Below, one piece after another: positions 7,768-16,130 of a stretch of DNA of 30,486 bases. The notes below the pieces were generated by a model. The model made no database searches. It saw only the letters and a program-made list of their open reading frames with translations, and had not been told where the DNA came from. Numbering within the stretch: the stretch's first letter is position 1; every line of letters begins with the position of its first letter. The DNA comes from Acidobacteriota bacterium (GTDB lineage: Bacteria; Acidobacteriota; UBA6911; JACQSX01), in the NCBI GenBank assembly GCA_036507075.1, contig DASXQR010000178.1:1-30486 (forward strand), written 5' to 3'. The position numbers were made by a program, and so were the translations under genes.

Positions 7768-10191
7768 ATGATTAATATTCTCAGATCGATCAGAACAACG
7801 GCGCTGGTTTTTGTTTTTGCCACTGCGCCTGTCTCGGCGGCTCCCTTGCTCAAATCTCTCGACCCGATTGGGGCGCAGCAGGGACGCACCTTCATGCTGC
7901 GCCTGCTGGGCCAGGAATTGAGTGTGGGAACTGAACTGATCACCAGCCTGCCGGCGACAATTTCTCGCCTCGCTCCACCGAAAGATCTCAAGATGCCGGA
8001 AACAGAGATTCCCTTCCTGATCCAATTGCGCAATGACACCGCCGCGGGCATCTATCCGATTCGCGTCAGAAACGTAAGCGGCATCTCCAACGTGCTTCTC
8101 TTCAGTGTGGGCGAGTTCCCCGAAGTACAGGAAAAAAGAAGCCCGGCGGGCAGCGCCGGTGAAAGAACCAATGGCGAGTTCGCCGGCCCCAGCCCGATTC
8201 AGAAGATCGCGCCTCCGGTAGTCGTCAACGGGACCCTGGCGGAGATTGAACAGGATTTATTCAGCTTCAACGCTGTCGCAGGACAGACGTGGGTGTTTGA
8301 GGTGGAGGCCCGCCGCATCGGATCCGCCATAGATCCCACGCTGCGGGTGATGGATGCATCGGGGCGTCAGCTTGGCTTCAACGATGACGCGCCGCTTATC
8401 GGAGTGGACAGCCGCGTTCAGGTGACTTTTCCTAAAACGGGTGAATATCGCGTGGCTGTCCAGGACACGCGCTTCAGCCGTCAGGAGCAGAATTTTTATC
8501 GCCTCAAAATCGGACCTCTCCTTTACCCCGAAGGAATTTTCCCGCTCGGATGGCAAAGAGGGGGGCAGATTGATGTCAGTCTGTTCGGTGGAAATCTTCC
8601 CGGCGTCATTACAATTCATCCGCGACTGGATTTTTCCGCTCCGCAGCCGATAACCCTCATTTCTTTACCGGGCAGGCAGGGTTCTGCAGTTACCCTTCCG
8701 GTGCCGTTCGTGCTGGGAGATTTCCCGGAAATGCTTGAGCCCGGCACCACTGCGGGCAGGGACTTGCCGGCCGATGCGGTCATGAACGGAAGAATCTCTC
8801 AAGCGGGTGAGAAGGACCGGTACCGTTTGAAAGTCAAGCCGGGAGAAAAATGGTTAATCGAAGTCGATGCCGCGGGCCTGGGAACAAGCCGGCTGCATGC
8901 TTACCTTAATATATATGACGCGGCCGACAAGCTGCTCGCCTCGGCTGTGGACGCAAGCAATCTCAACGTCAAAACCGCTTTCAGTTTTTCCACCCCTGAG
9001 AAGGGCGTCGATCCCAAGATTATCTTTCGCGTGCCCGACAAAACGACCGAGATTATTCTCGCCATCGAGGATGCCAACCTGGGCGGAGGTCCGGATTATG
9101 GGTATCGCCTCCGCGCCAGCCGGCAATGGGAGGACTTTCGACTGGAGACGGCAATTCCCTTTGCCAACATTCCCGCCGCGGGGAGCGCGGTTGTCCCGGT
9201 TCGCGCAATACGAACCGGCTATCAGGGACCCATCCATCTGGCTGTTGAAAATGCGCCGGACACCCTGATCGTCGGAGGCGGAAATATCGCCGCCGGAAGT
9301 CGGGAGGGGTTGCTGACACTCACGGCAAAACCGGGAGCCTCCGCAAACCTGCTCAACATTCGTATCTGGGGAGAAGGAACCACTTCCGCCAAACAGACAA
9401 TCCGCAGGCAGGCAAGTGGTCCCGGGCTGGTGACAAGTATTGCCGGCGAGCCCGGAATCTCGATGAAACCGTTCGTGGCCCGGTGGCTGGGCATGGAGTT
9501 GCCGGTGACGGTGACCGAACCGGCGGCGCTCCAATTTCAAATTCCAGAGCGGCAGATCAAAGTAGTGCAGGGGTTGAAGCGGCAATTGGGAGTGCGGCTC
9601 TCTTCCAACGCGCAGGGAAATTACCCGGTCCGCGTCAACATACGCTTGCCTTCGGGAGCAAACCTGAAAGCCAGAACCGTGACGCTTCCCCCAGGCAAAG
9701 AGAATCTCTGGGAAGGCACCCTGGAACTGAGTGCCGAATTTGACACCAGCGTGGGACGATTTGATCTGGTGTTGGAAGCGCGACCGGAGCCACCAGGTCG
9801 CCCGATCAATTATGTGTCGCCTGCCATCCAGGTGGACATCGTGCGGGCGTACGCGCTTGAACTGCCGACCGAGGCCCTGGAGCTCAGGAAGGGGACGGAT
9901 GGGCAACTGACCGGTAAAGTGATTCGAGAATCTCCGTTTGAAGGGGAGGTATCCGTCCATTTAGAGGATCTTCCCGCTCATGTCACCTCGGCCACGGCGC
10001 AGGTAGCAGCCAATGCCTCGGAATTCAGGCTTCCTGTGATCGTCGGCCCGCAAGCGGAACCGGGTGAGTATGAGATTCGCCTGGCCTCACAGGGAAAGAT
10101 GGAAGGAAGAAAAGACAAGGCCGATTACAGCATCCCGGACCTCACTTTGAAGCTGGTTGTGCCGGCAGGTCAGCGATCTGCCGAGAAATAG
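7768..10191 (+). CDS. Secreted PPC (pre-peptidase C-terminal) domain repeat protein
   Basis: Signal peptide; PIGAQQG, VVNGTL..EQDLFSF, FEVEARRIGSAIDPTL, NGRISQAGEKDRY motifs typical of PPC proteins beside DUF1549/DUF1501 genes. Confidence 0.88.
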   Translation: MINILRSIRTTALVFVFATAPVSAAPLLKSLDPIGAQQGRTFMLRLLGQELSVGTELITSLPATISRLAPPKDLKMPETEIPFLIQLRNDTAAGIYPIRVRNVSGISNVLLFSVGEFPEVQEKRSPAGSAGERTNGEFAGPSPIQKIAPPVVVNGTLAEIEQDLFSFNAVAGQTWVFEVEARRIGSAIDPTLRVMDASGRQLGFNDDAPLIGVDSRVQVTFPKTGEYRVAVQDTRFSRQEQNFYRLKIGPLLYPEGIFPLGWQRGGQIDVSLFGGNLPGVITIHPRLDFSAPQPITLISLPGRQGSAVTLPVPFVLGDFPEMLEPGTTAGRDLPADAVMNGRISQAGEKDRYRLKVKPGEKWLIEVDAAGLGTSRLHAYLNIYDAADKLLASAVDASNLNVKTAFSFSTPEKGVDPKIIFRVPDKTTEIILAIEDANLGGGPDYGYRLRASRQWEDFRLETAIPFANIPAAGSAVVPVRAIRTGYQGPIHLAVENAPDTLIVGGGNIAAGSREGLLTLTAKPGASANLLNIRIWGEGTTSAKQTIRRQASGPGLVTSIAGEPGISMKPFVARWLGMELPVTVTEPAALQFQIPERQIKVVQGLKRQLGVRLSSNAQGNYPVRVNIRLPSGANLKARTVTLPPGKENLWEGTLELSAEFDTSVGRFDLVLEARPEPPGRPINYVSPAIQVDIVRAYALELPTEALELRKGTDGQLTGKVIRESPFEGEVSVHLEDLPAHVTSATAQVAANASEFRLPVIVGPQAEPGEYEIRLASQGKMEGRKDKADYSIPDLTLKLVVPAGQRSAEK

Positions 10192-10212
10192 TCTGGCGCC
10201 TGGTGTTGAATT

Positions 10213-12993
10213 ATGCGTGAATGGTTTATGCGAAAAACTCGGCTGAGGCTGTTTCAAAACCCTTGTGGAGACGGCCCGCTGGGCCGTCTCCCTGGAGCTT
10301 GGACATTTCGAGGCGTAGAGACGCGGCATGCCGTGTCAGAGCCTGGCCGCGACATGTCGCGGCCAGCAAAGGGACAGCCGTCGGCAACGGGGCCGCGGCA
10401 TGTCGCGGCCAACTCAGACGCGACATGTCACGTCTCTACGTGGCGCCGCGAAGCGGTGCCCGGAGACGCCCCAACCGGGCGTCACTACAAATGTGGGAGC
10501 ATTTTGAGACAGTCTCAGCTACTGGCGGTGATGCTCCTGCTGGGTCCATTTCTGCAGGCGGCCCAGCACCCAGGCGGTAATGCGAGCCATCCTGCCCGCA
10601 GAGCTGCGCCAACAGCGCGAGGCCGGACAGCAAGCCTGGAGATCCAGCCCGCAAAAATCGTACTCAGCAGCCCGCGCGACCTTGGCCGGGTGCTGGTAAC
10701 CGCTGTCATGCCAGACGGCACGCGACAGGACTTCACGCCCAAGGCGCAATTGAACAGTATCAGTGATGTGATAAACATCGACCGCTCCGGACTGATACAC
10801 CCCCTGAAAGACGGCGCGGCGTCTGTCGAAGTGAGCGCCGGCGACATGAAAACGCGTTTTGACGTGACCGTACAGGGCATGGCCCAAAATCAGGAAGTGG
10901 GCTTTGTCAGGGATGTGATGCCGATTCTCGGCAAAACCGGTTGCAACAGCGGTGTCTGTCACGGGGCTGCCAAAGGCAAGAACAGCTTTAAGCTTTCGCT
11001 GCGCGGTTATGATGCTGCTTTCGACCACGCGATGCTGGTGAACGACTTGTGGGGCCGGCGATTTAATCGCGCGGATCCCCAGCAGTCCTTGATCCTGCTG
11101 AAACCCACCACCAGAGTGGCGCATGGCGGCGGGCTCCGTTTTCCTGTCGATTCTCCTTATTACCAGACAGTGTCGACCTGGATTGCGCAGGGCGCGCGGT
11201 TCAACGACGAAAAAGCCGGAATGGTGGAGAGGTTGGAAGTGCTTCCCTCCGAGATCATGATGGCCAGGCCCGGGCTGGCGCAGCAAATGCTGGTCGTCGC
11301 ACATTACCCTGACGGCTCCAGGCGCGACGTCACATCAGAATCGGTTTTCAGCAGCAGCTCGACCAGCATTGCCGATGTTTCCGACACCGGGCTTGTGACT
11401 TCGATCCGGAAGGGAGAAGCGGTGATCCTGGTGCGCTATCAGGGACAATTCGTGCCCGTCGGCATCACGGCTCTAACCGAGAAGCGTGGATTCCACTGGA
11501 CGCCGCTTCCACAGCACAATTACATAGACCGGCTGATCGACACCAAGCTGAAGCGGCTGAAAATAGCCGCTGCACCGCTGTGCAGTGACGCGGAATTCAT
11601 TCGCCGTGTTTCGCTGGATCTGACGGGCCAGATTCCACGCCCGGAAGATGCGCGCGCGTTCCTGGAAGATCCCGCGGAAAGCAAAATCAAGAGAAGCCGG
11701 TTGGTGGAAAAACTTCTCGCTTCACCGGCCTATATCGATCACTGGACATTGAAATGGGGCGATCTGCTGCAGAGCAACCGCCGTTTTCTCGGCGAAAAGG
11801 GCCTCTGGTCGTTTCGCAACTGGATCCGGCAGTCGATCGCCGAAAACAGACCTTACGATCAGTTCGTGCGCGAAATCATCATCGCGGGCGGCAGCACTTT
11901 CAGAAATCCCCCGGCCAATTTCTACCGGGTGTCGCGCGAGCCCAAGGTTGCGATGGAGACCGCGTCGCAGCTTTTTATGGGAGTGCGCATGATGTGCGCG
12001 CAGTGCCACGATCACCCATTCGAGCCGTGGACGCAGAAAAATTACTATCAGATGACCGCCTTCTTCGGCGGGATCGCGCTGAAGGAAGGTGCGGATGCCG
12101 GCGAGGAAATTGTATATGAAAAGCGTACAGACTTTCAGGTGAAACATCCAAAGTACGGTTACAACGTGCCTGCCGGTTTTCCGTTTGCCGCGCCCGCGCA
12201 CGTGGATCCGGATAGAGACCGGCGCGAGCAGTTCGCAGCCTGGCTCACGTCGCGGGAAAACCCCTATTTTTCTATGGCCATTTCCAATCGAATCTGGAGC
12301 TACTTCTTCGGCCGGGGAATAATTGATCCTGTTGACGATCTACGACCGAGCAACCCCTCTGCAAATCCGGCGCTGCTGGCGGCGCTGGCTAACGATTTAA
12401 AAAAGAACAATTTTGATCTGAAACACCTGATGCGGACCATTGCGAACTCGCGCGCCTATCAAAGCAGTTTCCGCATCAATCAGTGGAACGAAGACGACGA
12501 GATCAATTTTTCGCATCAGCGCCCGCGCCGCCTTCCCGCCGAGCAACTTTTGGATGCGGTCAGCGCCGCTACCGGCAGCCGGATTAGATTTGAGGGACTG
12601 CCTGAAGATTTTCTCGCGGGACAATTGCCCGATTCCACCGCTGGCGCGGGAGGTTTCCTCGACCTGTTCGGACGCCCGGCGCGCGAGTCGGCATGCGAAT
12701 GCGAGCGCAAAGACGATATCAGCCTGGGGCAGACTTTGAATCTGGTGAATGGGGGCACTCTGGCCGACGCGATCGCGGATCCGGCTGGACGCGTTGCCAA
12801 ACTGATTCTGTCAGGCGCTGATGATCCCACCATTGTTCAGGAGTTTTATCTGGCCTCCTACAGCCGGCGACCGGAGGCCGAAGAAATGAAGCGATCGCTC
12901 GCCTATCTGCGCGCGGGAGCAAATCGAGCCGAGCGCGCCCAGGACCTTCTCTGGGCGCTTCTCAATAGTCCGGCGTTTTTATTCAATCGGTAG
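10213..12993 (+). CDS. DUF1549/DUF1553 domain protein with Ig-like domains; N-terminus interrupted in frame by a MITE
   Basis: GCNSGVCHG, FKLSLRGYD, NYIDRLI, EFIRRVSLDLTG, CAQCHDHPFE, NRIWSYFFGRGIIDPVDD, DLLWALLNSPAFLFN. Start at 10213 or 10228. Confidence 0.93.
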   Translation: MREWFMRKTRLRLFQNPCGDGPLGRLPGAWTFRGVETRHAVSEPGRDMSRPAKGQPSATGPRHVAANSDATCHVSTWRREAVPGDAPTGRHYKCGSILRQSQLLAVMLLLGPFLQAAQHPGGNASHPARRAAPTARGRTASLEIQPAKIVLSSPRDLGRVLVTAVMPDGTRQDFTPKAQLNSISDVINIDRSGLIHPLKDGAASVEVSAGDMKTRFDVTVQGMAQNQEVGFVRDVMPILGKTGCNSGVCHGAAKGKNSFKLSLRGYDAAFDHAMLVNDLWGRRFNRADPQQSLILLKPTTRVAHGGGLRFPVDSPYYQTVSTWIAQGARFNDEKAGMVERLEVLPSEIMMARPGLAQQMLVVAHYPDGSRRDVTSESVFSSSSTSIADVSDTGLVTSIRKGEAVILVRYQGQFVPVGITALTEKRGFHWTPLPQHNYIDRLIDTKLKRLKIAAAPLCSDAEFIRRVSLDLTGQIPRPEDARAFLEDPAESKIKRSRLVEKLLASPAYIDHWTLKWGDLLQSNRRFLGEKGLWSFRNWIRQSIAENRPYDQFVREIIIAGGSTFRNPPANFYRVSREPKVAMETASQLFMGVRMMCAQCHDHPFEPWTQKNYYQMTAFFGGIALKEGADAGEEIVYEKRTDFQVKHPKYGYNVPAGFPFAAPAHVDPDRDRREQFAAWLTSRENPYFSMAISNRIWSYFFGRGIIDPVDDLRPSNPSANPALLAALANDLKKNNFDLKHLMRTIANSRAYQSSFRINQWNEDDEINFSHQRPRRLPAEQLLDAVSAATGSRIRFEGLPEDFLAGQLPDSTAGAGGFLDLFGRPARESACECERKDDISLGQTLNLVNGGTLADAIADPAGRVAKLILSGADDPTIVQEFYLASYSRRPEAEEMKRSLAYLRAGANRAERAQDLLWALLNSPAFLFNR
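10242..10519. mobile_element. MITE/REPIN-like non-autonomous element with terminal inverted repeats and six internal REP-like palindromes
   Basis: TIRs GCTGAGGCTGTTTCAAAA / TTTTGAGACAGTCTCAGC (16 of 18); internal mirror order A-B-C-C'-B'-A'; GTAG/GTGG-led hairpins; perfect 24-bp palindrome at 10343-10366. Confidence 0.85.
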
Positions 12994-13004
12994 GCCAGGG
13001 GTTA

Positions 13005-13365
13005 ACGGGTTTACGGGTTACGGGTTCGCGGGTTGCGGGTTTGCGAGTTGCGGGTTTGCAAGTTGCGGGTTTGCGAGTTTCGGGTTTGTTGCGGGTTATT
13101 GGGTTGCGGGTTATCGGGTTGCGAAGTTTCGAGTTTGTGAGTTTCGGATTATGAGTTTGAGAGTTTCGGGTTCGTGAGTTATGGCGAGTTATGGGTTATG
13201 AGTTGCAATGAGTTGCAGGTAGGAGTTACGGTTGCGGGTGCGGAAAAGTGCGACGACATGGTCGTTTTTGCGATCTATGTAACCCGCAACTCGCAAACCT
13301 CGTAACCCGCAACTCGCAACCTCGTAACTCGCAAACCCGTACTTGTGAACCCAAAACTCGCAAAC
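13005..13365. repeat. GGGTTGC/GAGTTGC 7-8-mer inverted tandem-repeat element
   Basis: Long G/T-rich arm ~13005-13240 mirrored by a shorter AACCCGC/AACTCGC arm at 13281-13365. Confidence 0.88.
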
Positions 13366-13390
13366 ACGTCACTTTATGAGGTGAAGAATC

Positions 13391-14845
13391 ATGTTGGTTA
13401 TTCCGCAGAGAATTCGAAAATTGTGTCACGGAACTACACGCCGCGAGTTTCTCAGGGTGGGCGGAGCGGCGATGTTTGGACTCAGCCTCCCGGAATTCTT
13501 TTCACTGAAGGCCCGTGCTGCCGCCCTGGAGAAAACGGCCACGGGCGCACTCAAAGACAAAGGTTTTGGCCAAGCCAAGTCGGTCATCCTGCTCTTTCTT
13601 CAAGGAGGGCCCAGCCATCTGGACATCTGGGATCCAAAACCTGACGCGCCATCGAACATCCGGGGAGAATTCAAGCCCATCAAAACGAAAGTCCCCGGAG
13701 TGCAGCTCAGCGAAACCATGCCGCTGCTGGCCGAACAACTCGACAAGTGTACTCTTATCAGGTCGATGAGTTACACGCCGGAAGGATTGTTCAATCACAC
13801 GGCGGCCATGTATCAGATGCTTACCGGGTATCCTCCCGACAAGGTTTCCCCTTCGGGCCAGCTGGAGCCTCCATCGCCGCGTGACTTTCCAACCTGTGGT
13901 TCGTGGGTTGCAAAACTCAAGCCTCCCGTCGAATCGATGCTGCCGTTTGTGGAGTTGCCGCGCCCGCTTCAGGAGAGCAGTGTAGTGGGTAAGGGCGGCG
14001 CTGCGGGATTTCTGGGACGCGCCTACGATCCTTATCGTCTCTACCAGGATCCGAACAAGCCGATCAGAATCGACGATCTGGCGCTTCGGTCGGATGTCGG
14101 ATCAGAACGGCTCAAGACCCGATTTGAGCTGCGCAAAGGCCTGAACGATTCGATGAAGGACCTGGAAAAAGCAGTCAGCGCCACTGCGGTGGACCAGTAC
14201 TACGAAAAGGCGTTTGATCTGGTGCTCTCCGGAAAAGCGCGCCAGGCATTTGACCTGGAACAGGAGCCTGCCGACATCCGGAATAGATACGGTCGCACCA
14301 CATTCGGGCAGGGAGCTCTGCTTGCGCGGCGTCTCGTGGAGGCGGGCACGCGATTGGTGCAGCTCAATTGGCCATCGGTAGCCAACGGCGATCCCGAAAC
14401 CACCGCCTTTGACACGCATGCCGCCAACTTTGGGCCGCTCAAGAACCTCCACTGCCCGGTGCTGGACCGTACGCTCGCGGCGCTGCTGGAGGACCTGGAT
14501 CAACGTGGATTGCTCAACGAAACGCTGGTGGTGGCGGTGGGCGAATTCGGACGATCACCCCGGCTGGGCGTGAGCACTTCGGGAAATACCAATGCCCCCG
14601 ACGGTCGCGATCACTGGCCATACTGCTATACCGCTTTGATCGCCGGCGGAGGGATCAAGCGAGGCGAGGTTTACGGCAAGTCCGATCAGCATGGATCAGC
14701 CCCCGTAGAAAACCCTGTGCATCCTACAGACCTTTTAGCCACGGTGTATTTTGCGCTCGGCATCGATCCGGAAATGGAGATACTCAACGACATGAACCAG
14801 CCGCGGCCGCTGGTAAAAGGAAATCCACTTGTCCGGCTTTTTTGA
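13391..14845 (+). CDS. DUF1501 domain protein
   Basis: Twin-Arg-like TRREFLRVGG; AKSVILLFLQGGPSHLDIWDPKP, RYGRTTFGQGALLARRLVEAG, GEFGRSP, GRDHW; GAGG RBS. Confidence 0.95.
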   Translation: MLVIPQRIRKLCHGTTRREFLRVGGAAMFGLSLPEFFSLKARAAALEKTATGALKDKGFGQAKSVILLFLQGGPSHLDIWDPKPDAPSNIRGEFKPIKTKVPGVQLSETMPLLAEQLDKCTLIRSMSYTPEGLFNHTAAMYQMLTGYPPDKVSPSGQLEPPSPRDFPTCGSWVAKLKPPVESMLPFVELPRPLQESSVVGKGGAAGFLGRAYDPYRLYQDPNKPIRIDDLALRSDVGSERLKTRFELRKGLNDSMKDLEKAVSATAVDQYYEKAFDLVLSGKARQAFDLEQEPADIRNRYGRTTFGQGALLARRLVEAGTRLVQLNWPSVANGDPETTAFDTHAANFGPLKNLHCPVLDRTLAALLEDLDQRGLLNETLVVAVGEFGRSPRLGVSTSGNTNAPDGRDHWPYCYTALIAGGGIKRGEVYGKSDQHGSAPVENPVHPTDLLATVYFALGIDPEMEILNDMNQPRPLVKGNPLVRLF

Positions 14846-14852
14846 TTTTTGC

Positions 14853-14939
14853 GCACGAATTGACACGAATTTCACGAATTTTCACGAATCTTTCTTTAAA
14901 TGAATTCGTGAAATTCGTGAAATTCGTGTTAATTCGTGC
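14853..14939. repeat. CACGAATTT 9-10-mer inverted tandem-repeat element
   Basis: Four CACGAAT units mirrored by four ATTCGTG units, directly after the DUF1501 stop. Confidence 0.9.
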
Positions 14940-15034
14940 TCAAGCTATTGGTAATGCCAATATTGTTTGCATTCTGCCCTCAAGTTCGTTCATAAATCTG
15001 CCCCAAGGCCCGGCTATCCGGGCAAGGAGAGGGC

Positions 15035-15868
15035 ATGCTTCCCCAACAACTCGCGCTGGTATCGGAAACAAAGAAGATCTCGACTTCTGAACTCACCAAA
15101 GTAGGAGCAGCGCTTCAGAAGCAGGTGATGAGAGACTTTGTACCCGCATGGAAGGTGGAGGCGACCGTCAGTGCATTCGCCAAACTGGAAGATGTGCCGA
15201 TCGGATACTGGCCGATTATCGTCCGCGACGACATCGACACTCCGGGAGCTGCAGGGGTACATGAAGACAAAGACGGCCAGCCTTTTGCACTTGTCCAATA
15301 CGGCAATAGCTGGTCGCTGACGGCGAGCCACGAATGTCTGGAGATGCTGGCCGATCCGTTTGGAAATCGGCTTATCGCCGGTCCTTCAATCAAACCGGAC
15401 CAGGGCCGCGTGGAGTACCTGGTAGAGGTGTGTGATCCAAGCGAAGATGCCGAGTTTGCTTACACGGTAAACGGTGTGATGGTTTCCGATTTCTATACTC
15501 CCCATTTTTTTGATCCGTTACCGGCAACGGGCGTTCAGTACAGCTTCACCTGCGCGATCAAGTCTCCCAGAGAAGTTTTGAAAGGCGGCTACCTGAGCTG
15601 GCATGATCCGGTAACGGATCACTGGTGGCAGCAGATTTACTTCGGATCGAAAAAGCAGTTCAGAGACCTGGGAGTATTCGGTCAACTGACCGAAAGCCTT
15701 CGATCCACCATTGACCGCATGACACCCCTGCCCCGGCAGCAGGGCGGATTGAAGTCGAATAACCCGCTGCTGATGGCCACCCGCGCCGCGGCAAAGACCG
15801 TGGATAAGGCTACGTCTTCAAAAGCCAAAATGTGGCACACCCAAATCAAGCAGTTGTTGAAAGCCTAA
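15035..15868 (+). CDS. Hypothetical protein with HExxE motif (possible metal-binding/zincin-like)
   Basis: AGGAGAGG RBS; GVH, ASHECLEMLADP and EVCDP motifs; no signal peptide. Confidence 0.85.
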   Translation: MLPQQLALVSETKKISTSELTKVGAALQKQVMRDFVPAWKVEATVSAFAKLEDVPIGYWPIIVRDDIDTPGAAGVHEDKDGQPFALVQYGNSWSLTASHECLEMLADPFGNRLIAGPSIKPDQGRVEYLVEVCDPSEDAEFAYTVNGVMVSDFYTPHFFDPLPATGVQYSFTCAIKSPREVLKGGYLSWHDPVTDHWWQQIYFGSKKQFRDLGVFGQLTESLRSTIDRMTPLPRQQGGLKSNNPLLMATRAAAKTVDKATSSKAKMWHTQIKQLLKA

Positions 15869-15896
15869 GTTCTGACTCGAATTTTGAAACTAAGTA

Positions 15897-16079
15897 CTAG
15901 CTTTTCTTTTTCGGCAAATCGAGTTCGCGCATGCGCCTTTGAATAAAACCGCGCGGACTGGTGTCCTGGACTGGAGGGTTTTGCTGCTCTTCTTTTTCTG
16001 AGGAGACCAATTCGTCGATCTTTTTTTGCAACCTCGCGGCCCGGGCCTTTCTAGCCCTGGCATCGTCCTGCAATTTCAT
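15897..16079 (-). CDS. Small basic helical protein (60 aa)
   Basis: GGGGA RBS before ATG; coiled-coil-like N-terminus and SPRGFIQRRMREL segment; fills the gap between the kinase and the HExxE gene. Confidence 0.7.
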   Translation of the reverse strand: MKLQDDARARKARAARLQKKIDELVSSEKEEQQNPPVQDTSPRGFIQRRMRELDLPKKKS

Positions 16080-16130
16080 ATCCCCATGGTGTCATGACGC
16101 GCCGGCAATGGCAAGCATCGTAATTCGTGT

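Noticed and set aside
7362..8051. ORFs with WESGRVGE / HSPTLPLS repeats
   Set aside because: Translations of the 8-mer DNA repeat, overlapping real genes.
8854..9960. 368-aa minus-strand ORF
   Set aside because: Antisense to the PPC-domain gene; no motifs.
13005..13365. Possible CRISPR array in the repeat-rich gaps
   Set aside because: Units are 6-9-nt tandem repeats without unique 30-40-nt spacers; no cas genes.
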